Below are positions 28,063 to 41,655 of a DNA stretch of 64,000 bases, one piece after another. Source of the stretch: Octopus vulgaris. Taxonomy: Eukaryota. The notes under the pieces were generated by a model that made no database searches, had not been told where the DNA came from, and was given only the letters and a program-made list of their open reading frames with translations. Every line of letters begins with the position of its first letter. Positions within the stretch are counted from its first letter, which is position 1. The position numbers and the translations under genes were made by a program. The DNA is taken from the NCBI GenBank assembly GCA_951406725.2, contig OX597817.1, forward strand, positions 116,002,001 through 116,066,000, given 5' to 3'.

Positions 28063-30994
28063 GGAATGTTGGTGTGTTTACGTCCCGTAACTTAGCGGTT
28101 CGGCAAAAGTCTCCAATAGAATAGGTACTAGACTTACAAAGAATAAGTCCTGGGGACGATTTGTCGACTAAATATGGTGCTGTAGCATGTCCGCAGTCAA
28201 ATGACTGAAACAAAAATAGAATGAAAGAATAAAAGAATAACCTTATCCTATCACAAATAACCACCCATCTAAATAAAATCTTTTATAAGCAAAAGAATTA
28301 GAATTACTTACAGAACCCATCTATGTATCATAATTAATATAAATACATTGTTCTGAGTTTAAACACTGCACAGGTTGATTGTGTCAATCATCCTTACGAA
28401 ATCGATAAAGTAGGCATTAGAGGAATAGTAGGGTTGAAATAATCGACTTGCCCCCTTCCTCGAAACTGCTGGCCTTGTGCCAAATTTAGAAAATAATATA
28501 AATACATAATGAAAAGCATACTGCGGTAATCTTATGGACGTATTTAAAAGAAAAATAAGCATATATCAGAGGGCGACAAAGTCTGTCCGGGTAGCGGACT
28601 TCTGCCTCGCTGGGCTTTGGAAATTACTCGTACTTACAACCGGCCATATCCTTATGAAACTTTGACGTCACAGCATACAATTTTGCATCACTAGATCTTT
28701 TAGCAGTCACGCCTACAGCAGAACAATTGGTTAAATATCACAACCATAGCATTTACTCATATTTGGGATAGTCTTAATGAAACCAAAACGACTAAGATAT
28801 AATGAGTCAATAATAACATGTTAATACGAAGTCTTACAATGACTATAACAATGAAAACGAATCATATATTATCTACTTTATCTATATATTATAGACAGGT
28901 CTGTTGCTATTTGAGATACTGTCCATCATTTCAAGTTTAATAAGTCATGTTCATGCAATCAACAATTCTTATTACTTTATTGCGATACTATAAGGCAGAC
29001 ATAGGTAAAATCAATTAGATAAATTACAATAATTAGTTTAAAGTTACTATCTGAGTTGAATCTGTAAATCAATAAAATTGGAGTAGTAAATGAAATACTT
29101 CTGAAGAATGAGAAGTATCGGATGCGTAAGACGAAACTAAAAGTTCTCTTGTAATAGTCTGAATGAAAGTAGTCAATAATTGGTGATCTGCTATGCTGAA
29201 ACAGTAATATTTTTGTATTAATATATGAAGTGTAACAAGCAAAATTCGTACCTGATCGAAAAGAGATGCAAAACACTTCTCCCCTATCTGTTTAACATTT
29301 CTAAAGTAGAACAGTATTTGTTGAAAAATCATATCGAGGTAGTCGCTAACATGATTATATCCGATAAACACTTTCGATGGTGAGTTTCTTTAGTTATAGA
29401 ATATCTATTTAATGCCAATTTGTGGCTAGGATTGCAATATAAAAAGAGCTTAAATACAATTCAAAGTTTCTTTGTAGAGATAAGATAAAATTATTGTTTT
29501 AGCCAAAAGAAGGCGATGTTTTATGACCCGAAATTTATAGTCCATCGTTCAAAGTTTCTGATGTATTAAATATTTTTCGGCAAGTCCGTTTGTGGAATGA
29601 TATTAATATAACATGGTTTTTCAAGTAGAGCCGAACAATTGATTCAGTTCTATAACAAAGTTGCATTGGTAAATGTCTATAGAGTTGTTGTAAAATTGAA
29701 ATATAATCAAATAAAATATCATTTCCATATATTCGAGCGCCAACTAAATAGGTTTAGATATTAAAGGTTTCTGATGCCGTGAGAGATACGTTTTTAAATG
29801 TCTATAAATATTAAGTTATGCTGAGCATAAATACTGAGATCAGATACGAAATCTTTGATGTATATAACTATTAGTTTTAAACCATTCAATCATGCTGCTT
29901 TGTGATTTAGGCTGATATATTTTTGTTTGTCTCGAATCAGTTGACGGTAGAATGTTTTCAATGAGGCAACAGTTTGCCAAGTACATTATTTCTGTTTTGT
30001 ATGGAACGATCATAAAACAAAAGAAGTGATTAGTTTAAAACAAACGAGACTTGAGGGAATTTCAACACACCGCTAGTGATTTCTACTGATTAGAAACACA
30101 TCTGTTCTACATATTTTTAATGTGATCATAGAATATCTGTTCCAGAGCGTCATACATTTTTCAGTCAAATGTACATGACCTCATAAATAAGGATAGCGTA
30201 ATACATTTCGTATTTATATAACATTTCGAAATAGTGCAAGTAAGATACATTATGAGAATATAATTTTTAAATACGGAATATTAATTAAGCTTCATGTGAA
30301 TTTTATTAAATGATTTATAAATATAAATAGACGAAAATATATATGGAAATTGCTTCTCAAACTTGACTGAGAGTTTTATACATTTATTTACTTGTTTTAA
30401 GTATAATGTAATAGAATTATTATTCATCATTCGAGATAGCTTAAATAAAAATAGTTTTTGTTCTTATCCAATGATGAAATAAATTATTAAACTGAACCCA
30501 AAAATTGGTATTCTTTACTGTCAATATCATTTTCTGTTGCAGTTTAAGACATAATAATTGCTCTCTTGATTCAACATAAACGAGTAAATGATGATTGACT
30601 CAAAGAAAAATTAATAATGAATCACTGGGTACTGCGATTTAAAAATTCCCCAAGTACTTTACGCGCGTGCGAGTGTGTGTATGGGTGTGTTTGTGTGTGC
30701 ATGTGTGTGCGTGTGAGCGTGCGTGTGCGAGTGTATATAATATAGCTGCATTAGCAATACAATGGTTTATACCAATTTATGACATCTAAGGAAATTTAAG
30801 CATTGATGTGTTACAGTGAGTTACTACATCAATAGTAATAATAAAGAATATTTTATTTCAAATATATTGTTAACAATAACGATATTTATTATAATTTCTA
30901 TTCGGTACAATTAGTGGATAAAGCATTTCAGATTTATAGAGAGACAAGGAAGTGTCAGTTTAACTAAGTTGAAACACATACACACTCACACACA

Positions 30995-31058
<64 letters not shown>

Positions 31059-31206
31059 TGTATTTATATATATGTATATCTAAATATATTCATATATGTA
31101 TATGTGTCTGTGTTTGTCCCCCCGCCATCGCTTGACAACCGATGCTGGTACATTATTTACATTATTTACATTTGACGGATATCCGCCCTCATCATGTTTG
31201 TTGTTA

Positions 31207-31250
31207 ACACAACGTTTCGGCTGATATACCTTCCATCCTTCATCAGGTCT
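31207..31250 (-). ncRNA. Minimal type I hammerhead motif (inverted copy)
   Basis: Minus strand agac-ctgatga-a-ggatgg...cagcc-gaaa-cgtt-gtgt; its mismatches differ from those of the plus copy. Confidence 0.6.
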
Positions 31251-31448
31251 CTTGGAGAAATTTCGAACCTGGGTTTTCATTCCTAAGATATTTTTCGATG
31301 TTATTATTATTATGGCGTAGTTGTTAAAAGCGCGGGTTAAACCCCATGATTCCGAGTTAGAATTCAGGCACTGACCTGAATAATTATAATGATAATAGCA
31401 TCGAAAAATACATTAGGAATGGGAAACCAGGTTCGAAATTTCCCCAAG

Positions 31449-31492
31449 ACACCTGATGAAGGCTAGAGGGTATATCAGCCGAAACGTTGTAT
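31449..31492 (+). ncRNA. Minimal type I hammerhead motif
   Basis: acac-ctgatga-a-ggct...agcc-gaaa-cgtt-gtat; stem III reduced to the palindrome aacgtt; one stem I mismatch. Confidence 0.65.
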
Positions 31493-31773
31493 TAAGAACA
31501 AACAAGATGAGGACAAATATCCGTCAAATGTAAATAATGTAATTATGTGCATAATTCCTCATCTCTTAAATATAGAACTGAACCGATGCTGGTGTAGCTG
31601 CACCCCCGTAACCTAGCGTTTCGGTGCAAACACCGATGAAATAAGTAGTTGGCTAACAACGAGTAACTCCTGGAGGCGATTTCTTTGACTAAAACACTTT
31701 AAGGTGGTGCTCCATCATGGTCGCAGTAAAATAACTGAAACAAGTAAAACGTTTAATAATAATAATAATAATA

Positions 31774-31824
<51 letters not shown>

Positions 31825-31827
31825 TTG

Positions 31828-31901
<74 letters not shown>

Positions 31902-31902
<1 letters not shown>

Positions 31903-33643
31903 AAAAAATAAAATTCATTGAGCACTCTATGAATAAATGGCAAACAGTCCTACACCTCCAAACAAAAGAGGGACTCATGAAAACCAAAGACATCCCCATT
32001 AGAAGAGGAATATTCCAGGGAGACACGCTCTCTCCACTCCTTTTCTGCTTGGCACTGTCACCTCTATCTGATATGCTAAATAGAACTGGATGCGGATATA
32101 AATGTTACGGCAAAACGATCAGCCACCTTTTATATATGGATGACCTAAAACTGTACGCTGCAAATGACAAACAGCTGGAAACACTATTAAAGACAGTTCA
32201 TGGATTTACCAAAGAAATAGATATGAAATTTGGATTAGAAAAATGCGCCAAAGTAACCATGAAAAGAGGAAAACTAGTTAAGAGTAACTACATCACAATA
32301 GATAAAACCAATGAAATAAAAGAATTAGACCAAAGCCAAACTTACAAATACTTAGGAATCCATGAACTAGATAAGACACAACACACACAAATGAAAGAGA
32401 AAATAAAAAAAGAATATTATAGACGAGTTAGATCAATACTCAAAAAAAGAGCTCAATGCTAAAAACAAGATAATAGGTATCAACACTTTAGCTGTCCCAG
32501 TTATAAGTTAGAGCTACACTATCCTTAACTGGACACGAAATGAACTGTCCAAAATAGATAGGAAAACAAGAAAAATAATGACAGGATCTAGGATGCATCA
32601 CCCAAAATCTGACATAGAAAGACTATATATACAACGTATAGAAGGTGGTAGAGGCCTTATACAGCTGGAAAACTACTATAAAATAACCACCATAGGACTG
32701 CAAAAATATCTACTTCAGAAGGAAGGAAAACTGATCCAGATAGCAGCAAAACACGAGCAAAACAAAAAACTGTTCTCAGTATTTAAGGAAGCTGACAAAT
32801 ACAAACAAGAAATCATACCACCTAATAAACATGAAGAAGAAGAAGAAGAATATGAAGAAACAACAAAAGCTATAAAACAAATGAAATCCAAACTAAAAAT
32901 AGAACAGCAACGAGCCATGATAAAGCGATGGCAAGAAAAGCCCCTTCATGGTAAATACTGAACTAAACTAAACGCAAAAGAAATAGACAAAGAAAAATCC
33001 CAGCAATGGTTGAGAAGCTCAGGACTCAAAGCAGAAACAGAGGGATTTTTAATTGCAGCACAAGACCAAAGCCTCCCCACCAGAAATTACCAAAAACATG
33101 TAATGAAAAGAAACATTACAAGTAACTACATAATATGTGGAGATGGACAAGAAACAATAAATCATATTATCTCTAGCTGCCCAGTCCTGGCTAAGAAGGA
33201 ATATATTCACAGACATGACAGAGTTGGAACCTACATACGTTGGAAGCTATGATCATGAAGAAAAAAAATGCTTTCTAATTGATGTATCAATACCGGCAGA
33301 TGACAACGTGTCTCTAAAAGAAATGGGGAAACTCTCAAAATACAAAGACCTGGAAATAGAGGTAACTAGAATGTGGAATCTGAAAACAGAAACAATTCCT
33401 ATCATAGTAGGTGCATTAGGCATGATAAAAAATATTCAGACAAATACATAACAAAAACACCAGGACTTACAAACACATATAACATACAGAAAATTGCACT
33501 ACTAGGCACTGCACACATCCTACGCAGAACACTTTCCATACAATAACCATCAGAGCATCACAACAAATCACAGCACATACCCAAGGCACACAGAGCTGCG
33601 CTCGGTAGTGAAGTGAAAGCATGCTATAAAAATAAAACTACTG
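31902..33643 (+). mobile_element. R4/Dong-clade non-LTR retrotransposon, 5'-truncated (RT, zinc knuckle, RLE), inactivated
   Basis: RGIFQGDTLSPLLF, HLLYMDDLKLY, YKYLGI, ETINHIISSC...RHD, IDVSIP...KLSKYKDL...PIIVGALG. A few stops and frameshifts, plus a deletion near 33251 that removes the PD motif. Flanked by (TAA)n on both sides. Confidence 0.93.
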
Positions 33644-33665
33644 AATAATAATAATAATAATAATG

Positions 33666-33721
<56 letters not shown>

Positions 33722-33749
33722 TTTGATGGCATGAACTGCTCTCTCACTC

Positions 33750-33786
<37 letters not shown>

Positions 33787-33815
33787 TTAATAATAATAAT
33801 AACGATAATAATAAT

Positions 33816-34386
33816 GCCCTGATACAGTACCAGGCACTGGCTCTCATGGCTTCTGATCTCAACTGATTGGAAGTGTTATCATATACATTGTTTTGTCATG
33901 TACATTGTTTTGTCTTGGTATAAAAGATGGGCTACAGCAAATATTCTGCTCAATGCCAGAGATTTGCTTGTCAGTTGTTTGACCTTAACCAATTGAGCAT
34001 GTCCCTTAGTGGCTGACGATATGTACATCTCTGATCAGGAGCAGAAGTACTGGGGTAGCATCATAGCCATGTGTTGTGAGTGTTTCTTTATGATTTGAAT
34101 AATTCACCTCTGGAAACATGAGTGTTTCGTTCAACATCCTTAAACAACCCTTATTCAGGGACCTTTTGAGCGGGATGGGCTACTCGACCATACGAAAATT
34201 CTAATTGGGCCCCACCTGCAAAATAATGTGCTGTTTATCATGATATGAGATCACCATGTCGCGCGAACATGGCTGTGATTCATGTGCCTGGTGTACCCTT
34301 ATCAGACGGGTAGTCATGATGGGTATACTGGGCTTCGTATATCTTACCACAGTGTCACTTTGATGGCATGCACTGCTCTCTCACTC
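33816..34386 (+). mobile_element. About 570-bp non-coding retro-element embedded in (TAA)n (putative non-autonomous Dong partner)
   Basis: Bounded by (AAT)n. Its 3' end (gcatgcactgctctctcactc) recurs with (AAT)n tails at about 26614-26633, 33722-33749 and 27773 (minus). Confidence 0.75.
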
Positions 34387-34404
34387 AATAATAATAATAA
34401 TAAC

Positions 34405-34478
<74 letters not shown>

Positions 34479-35239
34479 GAACAACAACAACAACAACAAT
34501 AATAATATAGCAAAAAACAAGAGTGCATTTGTTATCAAGTAATCGATATTTCGGCATCTAGCGTGCTTTCCACACTAGATGCTCTGCATTGATAAGGGCC
34601 AAATACCCTAAAAGTAGTCTGCAGAATCCTGACAAGCAAGTGGAAGCAGCTGATCTCCACTGTTCGATGGTTATAATGGACACAGGTTCGTGTGTCATAT
34701 AGCGATGGACTCTTGGAGCTAATGCAAGCAGGATCATTATCTATTTATATGTATTTTTATATTTATATATTTGGAATTTTTTTATCCGTTTTATAAATGT
34801 AGAATAATATATGTATATATTTGATTTTGAGTGTGGTTATAAATTATGTTGCTGTGGTTTCTGATTGTATTACCTACATTAAGAATATTAAGCGGTATAA
34901 TTATATATTCGGATATGCTAACTACCTTATGTTAAGTTCTGATGTCGCTTGGTCAGAAATGCAAAGGGTAAGTTTTGTAGCATTTTTAAATTTATAACTA
35001 TCGGAATATTATGTTGATAAGAAAATGAGCTTTATAACTCTAATCCAGAAACGCGTGCATAATTAACCGAAGACTGTTTGATTTCATTATTTTCCGTCTA
35101 TTTTTGCCTATGTGAGTTACAGAGAAGGTTGTCTGTGGAGTCATATTTTGTGGCGAAAAGAAATAGCGGTCTTTTGGCTGCTATTTCTAAATTTTTCGGT
35201 ATGAGGTTAAGCAACTTGTTGCTAAACCCTTAATTATTG

Positions 35240-35324
<85 letters not shown>

Positions 35325-35387
35325 TTCTGCCTAAAAGATAGATTTACAACTTCAATATCCATATATAACTTGCATCTATTTTCGTTC

Positions 35388-35437
35388 CTCTGATGAAGGG
35401 ATATAAGTATTAAATATCCTGGAAACAGCTGTAAGAC
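35388..35437 (+). ncRNA. Type I hammerhead motif within an about 180-bp island between (TA)n tracts
   Basis: ctgatga(35390-96); stem II ggatat/atatcc; gaaa(35422-25); palindromic stem III acagctgt; GUA; stem I short or damaged (ct/ag). Confidence 0.65.
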
Positions 35438-35529
35438 CTATCTATAAATGTTCTAATACATACACACCCTTGGTTTCTTTATCTCATTACGCAAAAAATT
35501 ATATATATATAATATATAATTGTGATGTG

Positions 35530-36668
35530 GAATGTAGCTTGCTTACCAACCACATGGTTGCGTGGTACATTGGGCAAGTGTTTTCTACTAAAACATATAT
35601 AGATGTGTGATAGTGTGTGTGTGTGTGTGTGTGTGTGTATGTCGTGTGTGTGTGTTTGGGGTTACTCTAAATCCTCCCACACCGTCCAACCGATTTTAAT
35701 GATTTTTGGCTTATAGGTAGATCATGCGGCCTGAGGTTCAGATAAGACCGGAATTTTTGTTAGCTCAATTGGGCGTTTGAATAGAAATTCTCATAACGAT
35801 GTCCTTTTCCCTGCAGTTTTTGCATTTTTTGTCCGATTTTGATGAAAATCGATGAGTGAGCGAGACTTATGGCAGTGATTCGATGTCAATATATGGCGTT
35901 GACAAAAATTGGATAATTGTGCCTGTGCAGTGATTTTATAAAACAAATAGGCTTTTTACGCGCAAATACCCATAGGGATATTTTGGCTGTTATTTTTATA
36001 TTTTTTATCCTATTTTAATGAAATTTGAGATGTAGGTAAATTTTGTGGTGGGAAGACGATAAAGATATTTATTTTATTCAGAATGGCTTGAAAAAGGCAC
36101 AAATGCAAATAAGAATTTCCTTAGAGACATTCTGATCGATTTTGTAGAAATTTTACACCTGATTACAATTTATGTACATTAGTTGATGCCAGCACGAAGA
36201 ATTAACAAAAACATCGATAATTGTACGTGAGTGGGGGATTTTAGATTTTGAAGAAAATTGCCCCATGAGTAAAATTAAGCACTTCGACATATGAAATATC
36301 GATTATTCACATAATGTATTGGGATTTAAAAGTCAATGTGATATTTTCATGTAACTGGTCACATGGATTCTATTTTATAACAAAACCTTAACACTTTTCT
36401 TCGGATTTTGCTGAGATTGGATACGTTGATCAGTTTTGTATAGAGGGTGGCATTAAGAGGAGAGAAATAAACAGACATCACTCTCAACGGGTCGAGGTAC
36501 GCCCAAAAGTTTGTCGAAAGCACTAACCGGGTAAAATCCCTGCCGAATCAAATATAACATCTTAATGGGTAATACGTGGCACGCGTAATGTAGAAGATTT
36601 CAATACAAGGTCAACAGTCGGCTTAACTTCAACACGGAAAACATGACCAATGCCGGGTCCAACAGCTA

Positions 36669-36745
<77 letters not shown>

Positions 36746-36955
36746 TATGTTTGTGCGCCTGCGTTTGTCCCCCACCGTTACTTGACGGCCGATGGTGGTG
36801 TGTTTACGTTCCCGTAACTTAGCAGTTCGGCAAAAGAGAGCGATAGAATAAGTACTAGGCTTACAAGGGATAAGTCCTGGAGTCGATTTGTTCACCTAAA
36901 ATGTCAGTACTCCACCATGGCTGCAGTCATATGACTGAAACAAATACAATAATAT
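35530..36955 (+). mobile_element. SINE family A split by a Helitron-like insertion (35530-35590 and 36745-36955)
   Basis: gtagcttgcttaccaaccacatggtt...ttgggcaagtgttttctacta; 3' half ggtgtgtttacgttcccgtaacttagc...tgactgaaacaa. Confidence 0.75.
35594..36669 (+). mobile_element. Non-autonomous Helitron-like element
   Basis: Starts with tatatag and (GT)n, then ccaaccgatttt; ends caatgccgggtccaacagCTAG|t; no coding region. Confidence 0.55.
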
Positions 36956-38342
36956 AAGAATGAAAGAATTTATATATTTATAATTAATATTCAGTTGAAT
37001 TAGGTACTTTAACTGAGGCACCTTGTTAGGTCGATCTAATTTGCACACCCAAACAATATTAGGTGAATATCAAATTCCGTGCAGAAGTGTTGGCAATTGG
37101 TAATCTTGCAGTGTATGCAGTTAACACGACCCAACTTAGTGGAGAGATCCGCTATTGCTTGTTCAGACATGTAATCTATATGAAAAATACCTTCTATAAT
37201 ATTTTCGAAGATCATGTTCCAGGCTAGGTGAATAAAATATAAATTAGTAAGAAAGATGTACAGGTGTCAATTCATTACGGCCGTTTCAAGCGACTATTTT
37301 AATTAATTAATGAAAACATGATATCATTGCAAAGAAACCGTTTTCGTCAGATGACTGCATAGACTACGAACTCAAACGACAAAACAACTGCTTTAATATA
37401 TTCACATTATCAATGAAGCTCAAAATACTTACGGTGATCCCGCTGTTATGTCTTTGACAGAATGAGTTTAGAAAATAGTCTATGTAGTGTCGAATCTGCT
37501 AGGATTTAAGGTTAGCAGAGATTATAGGAGGTGGGGGGATAGTTGCGAGTACTGACCTAGTTACCTACTCTTTGAAGGTAATAAGGGGATTTAGTCTTCA
37601 ATCATCCAAAATTAAATCTTTTGGGAGTTGTAGCTGTAATCTAGACAAAAGTGATTAATTAATTAGTACCAAGACAGCCTACTAGGCTATCTAAGTACTG
37701 GAACCTTATATCCGGATTTTGTCTATACTCCAAGGGTAAGTCTTAGGGTGGCAAAAAAAGGGAATGCCTGATGAGGAAGGGGTGATAATTGGAAGAAAGA
37801 AGGATAAGATGAGTTGACAATACTTATTTTGATGTCATCTTAAAGGGAAACGTAATGAAACTAAAAGAAAAAAGTACTAGAAATCAGGGATGGAATATAA
37901 GTTAAGAGAATAAGGGAAGGGGCACATTCTAACTTAGCATATCTATAGTTTTGAAGCAAAATATAATTAAATATATACGTGAAAGTTAGAGATTGCCCTT
38001 AAAATTTTAACAAGGCGATACTTTACGATACATGTTCGACACTACATTGACTATTTTCTAAACTTCTTGTGCCAAAGAAATTCAACTATTTTCTAATCTC
38101 CTTCGGCCAAAGAAATAGCAGCAGAATCAATGTAAATATTTTGAGCACTATTGGAGATGCGAATTTGTTAAAGCACCACAGATAGCCTTCGCGTTTGAGA
38201 TGCATGTATTAATCTGAAGAAAACGAGTTCTTTGCAATGATGTAATGTTTTCATTAATCAATTAAAGGAGTCGGTTGAAACGGCCGTAATAAATTGACAC
38301 CTGCACATCTTTGTTACTCATTTATACACTCCCACCCAAATA

Positions 38343-38456
<114 letters not shown>

Positions 38457-38759
38457 ATATGCATCTAACATATGCTACACCTACGTGAAAACAAGCACAT
38501 GCGCACAGATGCATATAGATGTTTAAATACATATGTGTGTATGTGTGTGTGCTCGCACTCGTGTCCTTGTGTTATTGGTAGCTAAATTGGTAACTCTACT
38601 TGTAGACGTATGTATGTAAAGCATCTGCAGCATGATTCTCTTTAAATACTTTTGAACTTGATTATCACGTTAATTTTTTTTTTTTTGTTACAAGAACCCA
38701 TTTTTGTTGTTCCATTTTCAGACAATACGATGCGACTTATAGGACGTGTATTCATAATC

Positions 38760-38970
38760 GTTTCTAGTATAGGCACAAAGCCTGAAATCTGGGGGCAGGG
38801 GGTAGTCGATTACATCGACCCCAGGACTCAACTGTTACTTAATTTAGCGACCCTGAAAGTATGAAAGGCAAAGTTGACCGCGGCGAAATTTGAACTCAGA
38901 ACGTAACGACAGGCAAAATACCGCAAAGCATATCGTCCATGCGCTAACAGTTCAGCTAGCTGGCCGCCTT
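38760..38970 (-). mobile_element. SINE family B
   Basis: gtcgattacatcgacccc...tgaaaggcaaagttgacc...tttgaactcagaacgtaac...ccgcc. Confidence 0.85.
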
Positions 38971-39409
38971 GATGTGTACTCATAATGCCTGATCGTCAGT
39001 TAATCATAGGCGGTTTTAAATCGATTAATAGTGGGAATGTAGTTTGCAGCTCATAGAATATGCAAATTCCTGCACAAGAGCTATGCAAAAAGTTGTTGCA
39101 TTTTCGAGTGAGAAGCTCTTTTCCACGATACGTGATTTATGAATCTATAACATTTATTTATTTATTTCAAAAACGTTATGAATATAAAAAAATTAAATGT
39201 GAGATTTAGTTTATGCACAATATTTAGGAACATACTTCTCCGTTTTGCAATTATTTTTGTATTGACTAGAAAATCAAAAAGTGTACCTCCCTGCTTTACA
39301 AATTCATGTGAATGAATCGGGTTTAGCGTAAAATTATCGAATGAAACCGTATATATAGCCATAAACTTAGATATTTATTCAAAACTTCAACAGATCAGTC
39401 ATGGACAAT

Positions 39410-39855
39410 ATTTCTCTTTTACTTTTATATTTGTCTTTACCTGTTATCTATTTCGACTGCAGCCATGCTGAGGCCCTGTCTGGAAGAGTAAAGCCAAACT
39501 AATGTACTCGAGTACTTATGATTTTTTTAAAGGTTGTAATCCACTCCTTCGGGCGTGTAGGGACATAAAGAAAGAAATACTAGTTGTTCTACGGTGATGG
39601 GAGCAAATACAAATGGACACACACATAGATAAACATACACACACAAGGGAATTATAAACACACACACACACTTAAACACACACACACACTTAAACACACA
39701 CACATATGTACGACGGTTTCCTTTCAGATTTTGTCTAACAAATTTACTCAGAAGACTTCGCTCGGCTCCGGTAGAAGACACCTTATGTGTCGTGCGATGG
39801 GACAAAACCCAAGATCATATTGTTGGGAAGCAAGCTTCTTCACTCCGTAACCACA
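39410..39855 (-). mobile_element. SINE family A, degenerate
   Basis: gactgcagccatgctg...cgacgg.ttcctttcag...gtagaagacac...aagcaagcttctt (single, uninterrupted site). Confidence 0.7.
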
Positions 39856-40677
39856 CACACACACACGTATCTGCGTACACTACCAAATATACTATATTAA
39901 TAATGTGTTATAATTCTAAACTACCAAATTTAATTTTCTGCTGACTCGAACTTATTTCCAAGATACTCTCTTGTGCATTCATTGTGCACTGTGGTTCTAA
40001 TCTTTACTGCCGTCTGTTATATATTACTGTCCGGAATAGCGTATCAATACGTATGTTCTTATGTGAAGACGGTAGAAACTGATTATAGTGATATTGTTTG
40101 TCATTTTTGGTATGTCAAGCAACTGCGAGGCGGTTTCATGATTGGGTTGTCTATTCATGAAATATCAATTTACTGAGGCTACTACAGCGTAAGACTAAAG
40201 CATTGGCATTATAAAGCCATCTGTCGTTAATACCATCCGGAATATATAGTTACGTTGAACGATTGATAATTGATATTTTCAGATATTTGAGACGCATTAT
40301 GTAGCTGTTCTTTACTTGCATAATATATTTCAGCCGCGTAATTTCAAATATGATATATCTAGGTATAGCCGGTAGCTAATACATCACTTTTTGTTTATTC
40401 TTCATCAACAGGGGGAAACAAACAAGGTTCCCGTTATAACAAACTAGTTTTTTCATGTTCATTTCGTGAAAATTTATAAGCGTCTTTGGAGGTTAGAAAA
40501 TTTATTATATAAAATTTAATACTAGCAGATACAGGTTCAAAATTCGCATCAATTTAAATGAGCAAAATAAATATTTTCAGCTTATGATTTAATGTAATTT
40601 TCATATATATTAAGTTTAGCATTCTTGGATAAAAATAGAAAAGTGTTTCGTTATATTATGTAACTGTTCCTTTATTA

Positions 40678-40890
40678 ACCACACGTGGCTAAACATAGAG
40701 GGGACAAGACAGACAAACGGATTAAGTCAATTACAACAACCCCAGTGCGTAACTGGTACTTAATTTATCGACCCCGAAAGGATGAAAGACAAAGTCGACC
40801 TCGGTGGAATTTGACCTCAGAACGTAACGGCAGACGAAATACGGCTACGCATTTCGCCCGACGTGCTAACGTTTCTGCCAGCTCGCCGCC
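40678..40890 (-). mobile_element. SINE family B (young)
   Basis: Near-identical to 56560-56788; contains the Meta-like domain gtcgactttg.ctttcatcctttcggggtcgataaattaagtaccag. Confidence 0.9.
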
Positions 40891-41440
40891 TTTCGTTGTA
40901 TTATGTACCACAAAAAAGAACGTTATGCGAATTCAAAACCCATCTGTTTATTTTACTTTGGTTGAATAAACATAACTTTACTTTAATGTGTGGAAAGAGC
41001 TGAATGTAGCTATAAGGTCAAAAAATATTTATTATTTTGAGTGCTTTTCTCGTTTACATGTAGGAATTTCATAGCATTATAAATTAAAGCAGAAGTATTA
41101 CAAAATCGTGTGTGTATTCATGTTTCAAATAATACACTTAATTATGCAATATATATCAAGTACTCAAGTGATAGAATTTAACGTTTTACCTTAGTACACA
41201 CAATATATAATATATACATTGATTATGTGTTATAAGTATGAATGCTTCTCAATTTTGCTTCATTATCAACCCCACTAATTCAATAACTTTCTATAAACTC
41301 TCACACTCTATAAACTCTATAAACTCTCACACACAGTCATATCGTAAATAAATTTGGTATTAGCTATTGAAAAGAATTGTGTTTCTGGATTCGGTCTCTT
41401 TGAAAATACAGTCTCCTACCTTAATATTCATTACAGTCTG

Positions 41441-41655
41441 AGGCAGCGAGCTGATACAATCATTGGCTCGCCGAGCGAAACGCTCAGCAATATTATGACT
41501 GTTTTTACGTTCTAAGCTCAAATTCTGTCGGGGTCGACTTTGCTTTTTATCCCTCCTCGGTCAATAAAATATGTACTAGTAGAGCACAGGGGTCGATGTA
41601 ATCGACTTACCCTTCCCCTAAAGTTTCTGGCCTTATGCCAAAATTTTAAACCAGT
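41441..41655 (+). mobile_element. SINE family B
   Basis: ggcagcgagctg...acgttctaagctcaaattc...gtcgactttgc...gggtcgatgtaatcgactt. Confidence 0.8.

Larger units (their letters stand above)
27100..28230 (+). mobile_element. SINE family A split by nested insertions (5' part 27100-27285, 3' part 28066-28230)
   Basis: gggttcagtccca..gcgtggcaccttggg at about 27106; ggtgtgtttacgtcccgtaacttagcggttcggc resumes at about 28070. Confidence 0.75.
31150..31580. mobile_element. Non-coding Penelope-type insertion with inverted hammerhead-bearing arms and a 13-bp TSD
   Basis: TSD aaccgatgctggt at 31137-31149 and 31581-31593; about 31155-31310 is inverted relative to about 31385-31540. Confidence 0.85.
31100..31752 (+). 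mobile_element. SINE family A, 3' half, interrupted at 31150-31580
   Basis: tgtttgtccccccgccatcgcttgacaaccgatgctggt ... aaccgatgctggtgt...cccgtaac...ctgaaacaagtaaaa. Confidence 0.85.

Noticed and set aside
29097-29150. ctgaaga...gaaac...gtt motif
   Set aside because: Stem III is possible, but stems I and II cannot form.
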